A DNA stretch of 34,203 bases. It comes from Guillardia theta CCMP2712. Lineage: Eukaryota > Protista > Cryptophyta. The stretch lies in contig NW_005434599.1 in assembly GCF_000315625.1 (NCBI RefSeq), forward strand, positions 314,070 through 348,272. The letters are read 5' to 3'. Positions within the stretch are counted from its first letter, which is position 1. Every line of letters begins with the position of its first letter. The notes beneath the pieces were generated by a model. The model was not told the origin of the DNA, did no database searches, and was given only the letters and a program-made list of their open reading frames with translations. The position numbers were made by a program, and so were the translations under genes. Shown here in pieces: positions 9,845 through 21,600 of this stretch.

Positions 9845-10954
9845 ATGGGGGTGCATGAAGAAGCGGAGAAATGGAAGGAGAAAGCGATCAAACGATGTAA
9901 GAGGAGGAGGGGGAGAGGAGGAGGGGGAGAGGAGGAGGGGGAGAGGAGGAGGGGGAGAGGAGGAGGGGGAGATGATGCGGCGATGAAGGGGAAATAAGGG
10001 AGAAGAAAATTGCTGAGGCCGAGGACGAGGAAGGAAGTAGGAAAATGAGGAGGTGGAAGTGAGGGAGTCAGAGCAGCAGAAACAGCGAAATAGCGAAGAA
10101 GGAGAGGAAGTAGAAAGAGGGAGGGAGGAGAGGCCGGACGGAGGGAGGAGAGGCAAGGAGCGACTGACGATGGCCTGATGGCTGCACAGCTCCATTCGTC
10201 AAGTTCATGATGGAGCACATGGCCAAGAGGGGCTGCCCTGTAGACGAGAGTTTCTTTGTTGTTCGCCATTGCGATGAGAAGGTAGGGGGAGGGTTTGATG
10301 AGTCAGCCTCGAGGCAAGGAGGCGTGGTTCTCTGTGAGAATCATCTTCGCAACTACGCGCATACTGGTGACGCCCTCGCTCCTCTCCTTGGCGCCCTCGC
10401 TCCTCTCCTTGGCGCCCTCGCTCCTCTCCTTGGCGCCCTCGCTCCTCTCCTTGGCGCCCTCGCTCCTCTCCTCGTCTCTCTGCTACTGTCCCCTTGCCTC
10501 CTATCGTGCCCTTCCCCTGCTTGCGTCTTGGTTGCTCACAGCAGGCAGAGATGACGATGACGCACGAGCTCATTCACGCCTACGATCACTGCCGCGCGTT
10601 CGTCGATTGGACCAACTGTGTGCATCACGCGTGCAGTGAGATCAGAGCTGCCAACCTGAGCGGCGACTGCAAGTGGTGAGGCACAAGGAGCGCGTGGGGG
10701 AGGTGATGGGGAGCAGGTGGCAGGAGATTCTGCGAGGAAACACCGCCTTCCTAGGTCAAGGACGTGCCTGCATCAAGCGACGCGCTGCTCTCTCTGTGTC
10801 TATGAATCCGGCATGCTCGGCTCCCGGTTAGTTCCGGAGGGCAGGAGGAGGGCAAAAGGTCCTGAGGGCTCCTGCAGGAGTCGCGCAAGAGGCGGTGGAG
10901 AAAGCGTTCGAGCGCTGCTATGCCGACACGAGCCCCTTCGATCGCGTTCCTTGA
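9845..10954 (+). CDS. ATP23: Mitochondrial inner-membrane metalloprotease ATP23 (peptidase M76), 5 exons
   Basis: Exons 9845-9896, 10190-10366, 10549-10675, 10717-10826 and 10878-10954 join in frame through GT-AG introns. Motifs: [65 protein letters not shown]. Confidence 0.95.
10369..10472 (+). repeat. 21-bp tandem repeat, about 5 copies, in ATP23 intron 2
   Basis: GGCGCCCTCGCTCCTCTCCTT. Confidence 0.95.
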
Positions 10955-11018
10955 GCTGCTCATGCAGCTGAAGTGACACAAGCCAGACATGTTTATGAAG
11001 CTTAACATGTACATCACC

Positions 11019-14000
11019 TCAACTATTTACATGCAGTCGATGAAAGCTCACCCAAGCATCTCCCTCCTGGTCTCTTTTCTCCTCTGCTGCATCGCTCGCC
11101 GGGTTACCATCCTTCCCCTCCGCCTCCGCGAACTTCTGTGCCACGTGCTCGAGGTGGGCGTAAAGCGTGAGGAGTGAGTGCTTGTTGAGCGGCTTGGTTC
11201 CTCCACCTGACAGCTCAGGGAACGAGAAGTAGCGCAGCTCCTCTGCGGTGAACGCTTCCCCTCCCTCCCCCCTCTCCCGGCCCTCCAGCTGCTGCAAGCT
11301 TGTGGCGAGAACAGCTTTCAGCCAGCAGGTGGAGGCCGCGGCTCCTTCCAGCGGCAGCGCGTTCACGATCGACTCGGTCAGATACTCGACCTGTCGCTTC
11401 AGCACCCGCACGTTCCTTCCCAGCAGCCTCGCGAGCTCAAGAGGATCCGAGCCCTCGTCCTGCTTGATGCTCTCCGCCACAAGGATGCCGTTGAGCTCAT
11501 CCTTCAGCTCAGCCAGATGGTGCGAGTGGACGCAAGAGCAGGAGAAGTTCTTCTGCTCCTGTCTCCTCCCCTGGGTCTCCCCTGCCTCTCTCAACCTGGC
11601 GAGGACGGCAGTCGCGTCGACCGCGCCATGGGCATCAGCCTCTTCGTCTCTGTGCTGGAGGCGAGGGCAGGAGGAGGAGGAGGAGGAGAGCTTCAGCTGC
11701 ATCATTTCTCGTTCCAAGCTCAGCATCTTCTCGTGCTGTTCAGTGAGGGTCTCTTGCAGGGACGTCACGTCGCTCATGAGGCTGGTGATGATCTCGTTCT
11801 TCTCCTGCAGCAGGCTCTCGCTCTTCGTCGCCTTCCTCGTCTCTGCTCTTATTCTCCTCTCAACTGCCGTCGGCAGACTGCGGAAGCGGCTCCTCATGCT
11901 AGCGGGCGACAGAGCGTTGCTCTCTTCATCCTCCGCCTCCTCGATCGTCACCTTGCGCACGATCCTCTCGAGGATGTTGGTCCACAACGTGTGCTCCTGC
12001 TCGAGCGCCGAGAGGTCCTCGAGGAAGCCATCTGCTAGCCGCCTGCTCCCCTTCACCTCCTCCAGCAGCCACGTGATGCCGCCGAGTAACTGTTTCTGCT
12101 CCTCCTCATCTCCCCCCCGCGACTTGGCAGCCTCCTGCTGCTCCCCCGACTCTCCTGCGCGGCGCTCACCAACTTCTTGGCATAGGCAGGAGATGCGGAG
12201 GAGTTCAACGGCCTCCTCTAACTCGCTCCTCACCGTCTCCTCCCTCTCATCCGCCTCCTGCTGCGCCTTGACCGCAGCAGTCAGACGAGACCGCAAGCCC
12301 TTCATCTCTTCAGCAGAGGTTCGCAGCTCCTCCTCCAGCTCGCCTGCTCTCCGAACCAGTCGCTCCTTCTCCCTCCTGGCTGCCCTCAGCTCCTTTAGGT
12401 CATCCGCTCTCTCTCTCCCCAGGGACGCGAGGGGAGAAAGCGTCTGCATCAGATTATCCAGACCAACCAGGAGAGACAACAGACTCTCTTCCTCCCTCCT
12501 CGCCTCCTCCTCCACTTCTTGTTCCTCCTCCCTTCTCCTCTCCACGACCATCACTCGCAGTTTTCCTACTTCTTCTTCCAGGCGATCGCATTGGGACACA
12601 AGCAAACTATTCTCATCCAGTACCTTTCCCAGCTGCTGCCTCACCTCCTCCAGCTCTCTGGCAGCTCTCTCCGCGTCTGCCGACTCTTTTCGTCGCGTCT
12701 CTTCCTGCTCGTCTGCCGCTGCTCGCAGGCGCGTGATCAAGGTCTCCGCTTGTTCCAGCTGCCGGCGAGTCTCGGCGAGCTCAGACGCCTGTTGCATCAA
12801 GCGCGAGTCGCTGAGTTGCTGGTGTGCGTGGCGGAGGAGGAGGAGGAGACGATCAGAGACGTTCAGCTCTCCTCGTCCTCCTGCAAGTCTCCACTGAGTC
12901 TGATAGCTGACTAGAATCTCAACCATCGCCTCTCGCTCTTCCTCCACTTCCCTTAAGCGTCTCTTTGCACTTTCGAACCCGCGGACAAGGGATGCAACTT
13001 TCGCCCAGACGTCCAAACCATCATCCCTCTCCCCCCCCGTCTCCGCGACCAACAACAGCCTCAGCTCTCGCACCATCTTCTCCAGTTTTGCAGTCACCTC
13101 CAGCCATCGCTCAGCACATGGCAGAGAAGCTGAAAGGAGTCGGTCGAGCGCTTCCATCACCTCGAGCGTCTCCTCCTGCCATACCCCCACACTTGTCGTC
13201 ACTTGTCTCGCCTCTCCCTCCAGGTCTTGCGCCACTGTCACCATATCACGAAGCATCTGCCAGCAGGCCGCGTCGTCGCGTCGCATGTTCGACTCAACTT
13301 GCAGCATCACGTCGTCAATCTCCTCCTGCGATTGGTTCAGCTCGTCAAGGATGTTCTGAGCGAACGGAAGTGCCGCCCCCACCCATCGCTCCTTCCTGCC
13401 CTCTGCCATGGCGAGCAGCCCCAGCAGCTCGTCGTGGCTCTCCTTCCACTCGTTGTTCATGTCAGCGAACACTCGCAGGCAGTCGCTGCGCACATCCGTG
13501 AGCTCCGTCAGCATCTCCTCGCACGTTGCTCTGCTTGTCTCCCTCGCTCGCTCTTCCTCCCCCACCAGCTCCATCAACTTCTTCATCTTCTCACTGTCTG
13601 ACGCTGCCAGTTTCATTTCCTCCTGCAACCTCCTTGCCTCCTCATCGCCTCGCTTCGCTGATTCCTTCGCCTCCTCCAGCACAAGGCTAAGAGACTTGAG
13701 GTCTGCCGCGACGTCAAGGACCCGCACGAGGATGTCGGCGACTCTTCCTCCTCTTCGAGCCTCCAGCTGCTCCATGAGCTCATCAAGATGTTTCACTTGC
13801 TCTTCTATCACCCGCATCTCCTCTTGCATGCGTCGCATGTGAGCAAGCTTGCTTTCTTCCGACCTTATCCTCCTACTCAGCTCCTCCTTGGCCTGCCCCA
13901 GCTCTTCCTTGGCCTGCCCCAGCTCTTCCTTGGCCTGCCCCAGCTCTTCCTTGGCCTGCCCCAGCTCCTCCTTGGCCTGCCCCAGCTCTTCCTTGGCCTG

Positions 14001-17000
14001 CCCCAGCTCCTCCTTGGCCTGCCCCAGCTCTTCCTTGGCCTGCCCCAGCTCGCTCTTGAGCATCGCCTCCTTGCTCTTGACCTTTCTGAGCTCGTCTTTC
14101 TCCAGCAATTGACCAGCTTGACTTTCCTGCAGCTCAAGTCTCATGATTTCCAGCTCTCGCCGCATGCTCGCCGCCTCCGCCTCCTTCTCCGCCAATTTCT
14201 GTTTCTCCTCCATCACCCACGTCTCCAGCTCTTGCATGCGGACCTCAGAAGCTTCCATGCAATCTCGCGAGCTCGCAGCTTGCTGAGCTTGCAGCGCCAA
14301 CAACTTGAACAACAACCTGCCCCATCGCCAACAGACTTTCTCCTCCCTCTTCTCCTCCCTCTTCTCCTCTCGCCTCCCCTTCAGCAGCTTGTCAAACTGT
14401 GCGGCCTGACTTCGAGCTTCCTCTTCGTAGGCAGACTGAAAACTTGAAAGCTGCTGAGAGGCGGCGAGGAGAGCGCGTGAGACGTCAAGGCCGTCGCTCC
14501 TGACCGCCACGAGTCTCCTCTTCATAGCAGCCACAATCGACGACAAGCCAGCAGGAGCACAGCCGCACGCAGCCCTTGCAGACAGGATCTCGTTCCTCAG
14601 ACATCGCAGTTGTTCCTCAAGCTTTTCAGCACTGTCGAGGCTCAGCTGGATCTCCTGGTGGACTTTGTGCTCCTCCTCTCGGGCCTCAACTTGACAGCCA
14701 TGCACGAGGCTTGTCGCTTCCTCAAGTTGGAGGAGCATCGAGAAGACGGTCTGCGCTTTCTCGTCGCGCCCCTCCAGCAGCATCGCAAGGGTCAGGGAGC
14801 AGGTCGATGAGAGTCGATCGCAGTCAGACAGCAGCTGCTCGATCTTGAGCTCCTCCTTCTTCGAGGTTTCTTGCTGTTCACCTCGCAGCATCTCAACAGT
14901 CGCAGCTTGTCCTCTTGCTTCGGCTTGCAGCTCCTCCCTCCTCTTCCTGCTCAGCTCAACTTCTTTCAGACATCTCCTCATCTTCCCTTCTATAAGTTCA
15001 AGCGCGTCTAGCGTTACTTCCTCGCACTCCTGCCCCTCTTGAACCAGCTCGACAACATCGCGCAAGTCAAGGCCCTCACGGCACAAGTCCTTCAGTTGCA
15101 ATGCCATTGCTCGAGCATGCAGCAGCTGCGACTCAGCATGCCGTCGCTTCCTCGTCTCTCTGTGCGACTTCATCAGGTGGAAGTGCTGCTGTAAACTCAT
15201 CCGATTCTCCGCAGCCTCTTGCAGCTTCTCGTTCCTCTTGCACGTTTCAGCCCTTCGCCCCTCAAGCTCCTCCACCTGCCGTCTCGCCACCTCCAGCTGG
15301 TCTCCCATCTTCCTCGCCACCTGCTCGAGCTGCTCGAGCTGCTCCTCCACTCGTGTCTGCACGTGCTCTTGTTCTGCTTGCCGAGTCGCCACGAGCTGAG
15401 CCTGCAAGGCCATCTCCCCCGCCGCCCGCTGAGACCCTCGTTGAGCCTGCTCAAGCTGCAAGGTGACCCGCACCAGCTTCTGTTTCTCCTCTGCCCTCTC
15501 CTCTTCTCGATTCTTCAATGCCTCCCTCGCGAGCTTCAGTTCCGCCTGTGACGTCTGCAACTTCAGCTGCAGTTCCTCCATACCATGAGCTCGGGCCCTC
15601 TGCTGCTCCTGCGCTGCTTCGGATTGTCGTCGCAACGAGCTCAAGCTTTCTTTCACCTCTCCTTGCATCTGCAGGCACATCTCGGCGATCTTGAGACTCT
15701 CTTGCTTCACCTGCCAGGCTTCTCGCGCCCCGTCTGACCTCAACTTCTCCAGCCTCATTCCCAGCCTGTCGCATCGCATCCTCATCGGCCCGCACGTCTC
15801 GCTCAACCTGCACATCAACTCGTCCACCTCCGACACTTGACGCAGCAACTTGTCAACTTGATCGTCTCCATGTTCCAGCAGCTGCTGCCTCGCATCAGTT
15901 CTCTCTCCTCCTCCAACTTCACTGCACCTTCTCTTGCGCCTCTGCTCGTCGTCCTTCCTGCGTCAACCCGCTCGCAATCTCTGAGCTCAACATGCGCAAC
16001 TCGAGAAACTCCCGGGAGAGGACGCGAAGACTCCTTCTGCTCTCGTCCTTGATGACCTGCCATGCGGTAAGCTGCTTCATCGCCCTCTTTCCCTTCTCCT
16101 CTCATGCCTCGTGGGTTTCTCGCAGTCTCTCGCAGTTTCTCCTTTCCTGCTGCAGCTCCTCCCTGCTCCTCTCCAGCTCACGCGACAGTCTCTCGCTTTC
16201 CTCGTGCGACACCTGCACCATCGTCAGGGGCGGCAAGCAATCAGCAAGCAGGAGACCCTCGTCTGCTCAATCGCTCGTCTGCTCTCTTGCGTCAAACTTT
16301 CGTTCCGGTGCATCACAGCCACCAGCTGCTCCATCACGTCGCGCATCTGCTTCTCCAGCAGACCCTCCATGCTCTTCACCTTCTGCTTCAGACCCTCTGC
16401 CTCCTGCACCCACATGACCTCGTTAAACTCCCGCACCAGTTAGCACCTTGCTGTCATGCTTCGCCTTCCCATCCAGCTCATTGCGCGCATCTTCCAACTC
16501 TCTGAAGACAAGGATAAGGAGAATGCAAGTCAGCATCGCCTCCTTCCTCTACCTGATCAGTCGCTCCTTCTCCTCGTTTTCTCGCGTCACGACCTCCACA
16601 TTTCTCTTTGCCATCGCTGCCTCTTCCTTGGCTCTCTTCGCCTCTACCGCGTATTTTTCCTTCACTCCGATCAGCTCGTCCAAGAAAGCTTTTGCACCTC
16701 CCGAAGCCGAACTCGCACCAACCTGCATGGAGTCATTGGGAGGGTACAGGAACACAAGAAAGAAGGGCCCGAGAGAGGAACAGGAAAAGAAGCAGGATTA
16801 GGAGTAGGAGTAGGCCTAAGTAGGAGTAGGAGTAGGAGGAGCAGGAGTAGGGGTAGGAGCAGGAGTAGGGGTAGGGGTAGGAAGGGGTAGGGGAGTGCAG
16901 CTTGCATCTACTTGGAGTTGAAGACGATTTATGCGATCTCTCTGCTCGGATATCGTCTTGTCTCTGTGCTCGAGCTCTTCCTCGGATTGCTGCAATTGAT

Positions 17001-18009
17001 CTCGAAGCTTTCTGTTGTCATGCTGGAAGGCAGCGTCAGCTTTCTCACGCGAGAGCATCGTCGTCTTTACATCAGCTTGTTCAACAGCGTTCTGAAGTTG
17101 TGCCACATGCTCTTGTAGCTCATGGATGTATCCTTCCTTGGTCGAGCACTCTGTCTTGCTCTGCTCCAGCGCGACTTCCAGCTCCTGCACGTTCTTCTGG
17201 TAGCCTCGAGCCTGCAGCCTCGCGTCATCCGCGGGCCCATCCACATCATCCTCACCTGAGCGTCAAGTCGCTCGAGCTGATGACTCAGGCGCTGAAGGAG
17301 CGACTCCTGACTCACGGGGCTCGCAGATCCTGACTTGCTTCCTCCCTGACTCAGCCCGCTGGCTTGCCCAAGCGCTCGCTTCTCTCCGGCAGCTGCCTGT
17401 ACAACTGAGGGGCTGAATTGCTTCCCAACGAGAGGCGAAGGCTGCTGGGACCGGAAGCTGCTGTCCGATCGTGGAGGAAGAGGAGGAAAGGGGGGAGAGC
17501 TGGACTGCGAAGTCACTGACGGAGCAGGCATGTCTCGGAACGCTGGGATCTCGTCGTCCGGGGGAGGAGTAGACGGCAACTTCTTTTTCTTTCTCCCTGA
17601 CCGTCGCTGAAGCTGAGCTCTGATGGGGATCTTTGCCCATCCCCTCTCCAGCTCGATCTCAACGAGCGAGAGAGGTTCTCCGCGCAGCAGCTGGTTGATG
17701 GCAAGCATGGTGAGGCCCTGCACAAAGTCAAGAGATAAGCGAGGCTTTCACGACCAAGGCAACGTACCTCAACTGGCTGACCGTCGATGGACCGCAACGT
17801 GTCTCCGAGCTGCAGCTTGCTTCCTTCCGTGCCTCCAGTGACCTAAGCTCGATCAACCTTGTTCATGGAGGTACCTCCATCCCTACCTTGCATGTTCCAT
17901 CCAATGCCGACAAGCCGAACTTGACGCGAACGCCTGTGTTCCTGTTGTTGCCATCGCGACCAGCATCGCTCAACGTGGATGAGGCGACGCTGACCTCGGA
18001 GTCTGACAT
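11019..18009 (-). CDS. N-terminal PDZ domain plus very long coiled-coil protein (about 2100 aa, about 10 exons)
   Basis: ATG at 18009. Exons 18009-17887, 17842-17768 and 17717-17256 give GVRVKFG..CKVTGGTEGSKLQLGDTLRSIDGQPVEGLTMLAINQLLRGEPLSLVEIELERG (PDZ). Further exons 17211-16912, 16722-16553 and several small ones splice in frame into the 1609-aa terminal ORF. Confidence 0.8.
13878..14051 (-). repeat. Coding 21-bp tandem repeat encoding (LGQAKEE)x8
   Basis: CAGCTC(C/T)TCCTTGGCCTGCCC on the + strand. Confidence 0.95.
16798..16895 (+). repeat. Intronic GGAGTA/GGGGTA hexamer repeat
   Basis: Lies within intron 16723-16911 of the PDZ gene. Confidence 0.85.
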
Positions 18010-18376
18010 GTTGAAGCTCTAGCTCATGAGGAAGAGCATGTTCATGCACGGCAGCAGCGCATGTTACCTCCTACTAGTCCTGGTATGCCAGCTTGCTCCC
18101 GCCATGTGGCATTACCTCGCTTCCCATCGCGATCTACCCCCACGACAACATGCAAGTTGACAATGGTGCTAGCTTATGCTATATTACCTTTATGCTACTT
18201 ATGAAATCGTCTGACTATGACCTGATCTCTCTGAAGGTATCAACCACTACCCCCTCCCACTGCTGCCATCGATTTCTACTGAAATATCAGCTTATCAATT
18301 TTTCAACGATTATTTCAATTATTTAGGGGTAAATTGAAAATCTAACATTATAATTGAAAAAAACGTTCATGATCAA

Positions 18377-18415
18377 AACCGATTTAACTCGATGATTGCA
18401 ACCGATTTAACTCGA
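18377..18415 (+). promoter_or_regulatory. 16-bp direct repeat in an AT-rich divergent intergenic region
   Basis: AACCGATTTAACTCGA at 18377-18392 and 18400-18415. Confidence 0.45.
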
Positions 18416-18618
18416 GTCTAATCGTGATTCAATTCGATTTAAATCCGCTTCTATGCGACCACCCGCGTTGATAGTATGACGGGAAGTGTTTGGGGGTAGC
18501 GAGAGAGAGAGGGAGAGAAGAGAGATGAAGAGGAACAAGGGGATGGAGGAAGGTATTCAACAATTGCACATCGAAACAAGGACGACTACAAGCAGAAGGA
18601 TTTGCTGACGAGCATTCA

Positions 18619-21600
18619 ATGAGAAAAACGACCCTCCAAGTCTCGCAGGTTTGTCTTCTCTTGCTCGCATGTTCTCTCGAGCTGGTATCCGTGTGGACCG
18701 AGCTGCCTTCCCGGCCCATGTATCGTTTGCGGGGAGGAGGAATGCACATGCACGAGGAGGAGAGTGGAGACTCTTGGTCGTCCTTAAGCAGCGAGGAGAA
18801 GAAGCGGAAGAGCAAGCTGGAAGAACTGGACAACATGGCAGACGGGGTAGGAGCGAGTCTGCTGCGAAAGATGGGCTACGATGGTGGAGGACTCGGTCAG
18901 CGAGAGCAAGGGAAACCGAATGCGATAGAAGTTGAAGCGCAGAAGCAGAGCTCACGGGCGGGGATCGGCAAGCCTCATCTTGTTGTGTCCGCCTAATTCA
19001 TCGTTGCAGGACTACGTGAAAGGAGTGCAAAGGCACAAGGCGACTTCTTGTTCAGCGAGAGGTGAAACTCTCTTCTATCCCCCGTCGGCTCCACATCCTC
19101 ACCTTCTCCCAGCGATTTCTCGGATGAAAAAACTGCGGGAGGAAAATACGGAGGGCTAAAGAGAGCGTGGGACAACAAGTCGCTACGAGTATGCAGGAGG
19201 GAGAGGATGTGATGAAAGCGACAGGTTTAGAAAAGCTTTTGGTCGAGAGAAGGTCAGGAGAAGCAAGAAGAAAACTGACCAGACATTGGTAGATCACCTG
19301 ATCCTAACGTGATGACCTGAGAGGCTGCAGGAATTTGATGCGAACACTACTCGTTCGAGTAAAATGAGCCAGCGGTTTTGTGAATCTTTCGACGAGAAAT
19401 ATGGAGAGGTGCTGGGAGAGGAAAGCGCGGGATCTTTGAGAGAGAACGAGCAGGGAGGTGCGAGTCCTGCCCATCCTCAGGGTCCTCTACTCTCTTACTG
19501 GCCCAGCAGCTCCCTCACATCCTCCCAAGCGAACCAACTGGAAGGAGTTCGACGCGATGAGCCGTGAACAAGCAAGACCTCGCAAGTAGTCCAGACTCAG
19601 GTGGTTTGATGAGATGGCGTCGCTCACTTGCGATGTCTCAGGCGAGAGAAGCCCGATGACATGGAAGAGTTGTTTCGATTCCGAGAAAGAAACAGGTGGC
19701 GAATCATGTCCTCTGATCGCCTAAGCCCCTGCAGAAACAAGACAGAAGCAGGAGCGTACCAAGACAAGGAATTCTCGGACGTGTCAGGTGTCACGAGCAG
19801 ATACGACGTCGATGATCTAACTGTGTGTGCAGACAAGGATGAGTCTGAGAGCAATCAAAGTCTGGAGGTGAAGACCGAAGTGAAGGTTGACATGGGGTTG
19901 TGGTGAGGACTTGAATCATGGGATTGTCTTCCAGCCCAACAAGATTCAAGGAGAATACTTCGATCCTGCTGGTCGTCACCTCCTGTGTTGACGTGGCTAC
20001 TCGTGAACGCTTGCTTGCAGTTCCCTTCCTTCCGCTATCGGAGCATTCAGACCCAAACGAGTGAGGATGCAGATATTTACTTCTCGCCTCTCACTATTCC
20101 TTCTCTCTTCTCCTTGTCTTCCTTGCTTCTCACGTGCTTTCAGAGCTGATGTGCCAAAGCGATCGGCGAGACCGCAAAGGACGCGGCAGAGAGGAGCAGA
20201 CACGGCAGAGGTAGCCAAGGCAGCGGGTGATGGGCGGAGAGTCTCCTCTATGAAACGCAAGAGAAATGAAAGTCCTCCATGTGAGACGCCTGCTGATCGA
20301 TTTTGAAATTGACGAGGGGAAAGCAGCAGACGGGACTCGCCGGAAGGAGAAGAGGAAGAGGATGGATCAGGTGCTGGCGTTTGCTCGTGTGCCTGCTGCT
20401 GATTCTCTCAAGCTTCCTGCTCGAGAGCCTCAAGAAGGTGAGTCAACCCCAGCACGACTAGAGTTGACCAGCTGTGCTGCAGCTGCAGAAGATCAACAAG
20501 TCAACCTGAGCGACGCGTTGAAGACATGTCTGCCTGCCTGCCTTGTCTATGTGAATGTCTTGACCGCAGTTGACCCCCATCAGTCCAAGCCCACCTACAG
20601 GCCATCGCACAAGACGAGAACAAGATGTTTAGGAAAGAGAAGGAAGAGAAGGAAGAGAAGGTTGTTCCTGTCCATGCTGCTTGTGAACTGAGAAAGTGAG
20701 GCTTCAGATCTCAGCAGAGAAGAGCTCCTCACAATTTGCGGTGTGACGTGTTACCTTCCTTTTCTTGTTGCTGATCGGCTGTCAGAGTTCGCTGCAGGCC
20801 CTCAAGCACCAGTGCCTGGCAGAGGAAGACAATGTGCTTCTGCTCTTGCTCTGCGTCCCCTCACCCGCTGCGTCAGGTTGCCAAAGAAATCTCAGCAGCT
20901 GCCGGGGAGGCGAGTCGAGCGCAGGCGGTGACGTACACGAGGAGCTTCAGAGATGAGATGAGAGACCCAGCGATGAACAGCAGCTGTAAGGCTAGCGAAG
21001 CGACGGAGGAGGACTGACTAGCACGACAGTTCTTGTCAAGAGCAAGACGGGGAGACACCAGGACGACCCGGACGCGCTTGTCAAGGTGGCAGCTGAGAGC
21101 ACAGTATGGAAGCTTCTCACGAGCACTGCAGCTCATGCACGAGCCTCCTGGCGGTTGGACGGAGCCGAAAGGTGGACTGGAGAGGTGAGAGTGAGAGTCT
21201 CCAGCACTTGCTCAGCTGAGTTGCCTTACAGGTGGATGGAGAACCAAGACTTGGACTTTGAACCTCCGGTCAACGTGTTATCACAGCAGAAAGAAGGTAT
21301 GACAGCAAATCACCTCCCTCTCCCTCTCCCTCTCCCTCTCCCTCTCCCTCTCCCTCTTCCTCTTCCTCTTCCTCTTCCTCTTCCTCTTCCTCTTCCTCTT
21401 CCCCCCTCTTCCTCCCCCTCCCCCTCCCCCTCCCCTTCTCCCTCCCCTTCTCCCTCTCCCTCTCCCTCTCNNNNNNNNNNNNNNNNNNNNNNNNNNNNNN
21501 NNNNNNNNNNNNNNNNNNNNNNNNNNNNNNNNNNNNNNNNNNNNNNNNNNNNNNNNNNNNNNNNNNNNNNCCTTCCTCCTTCCTCCTTCCCTCCTTCCCT

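Noticed and set aside
11248-15551. Long Ser-rich and Leu-rich + strand ORFs
   Set aside because: Antisense shadows of the Glu/Gln/Leu-rich coiled-coil gene.
16798-16895. Telomeric repeat
   Set aside because: Short, degenerate GGAGTA/GGGGTA run inside a defined intron.
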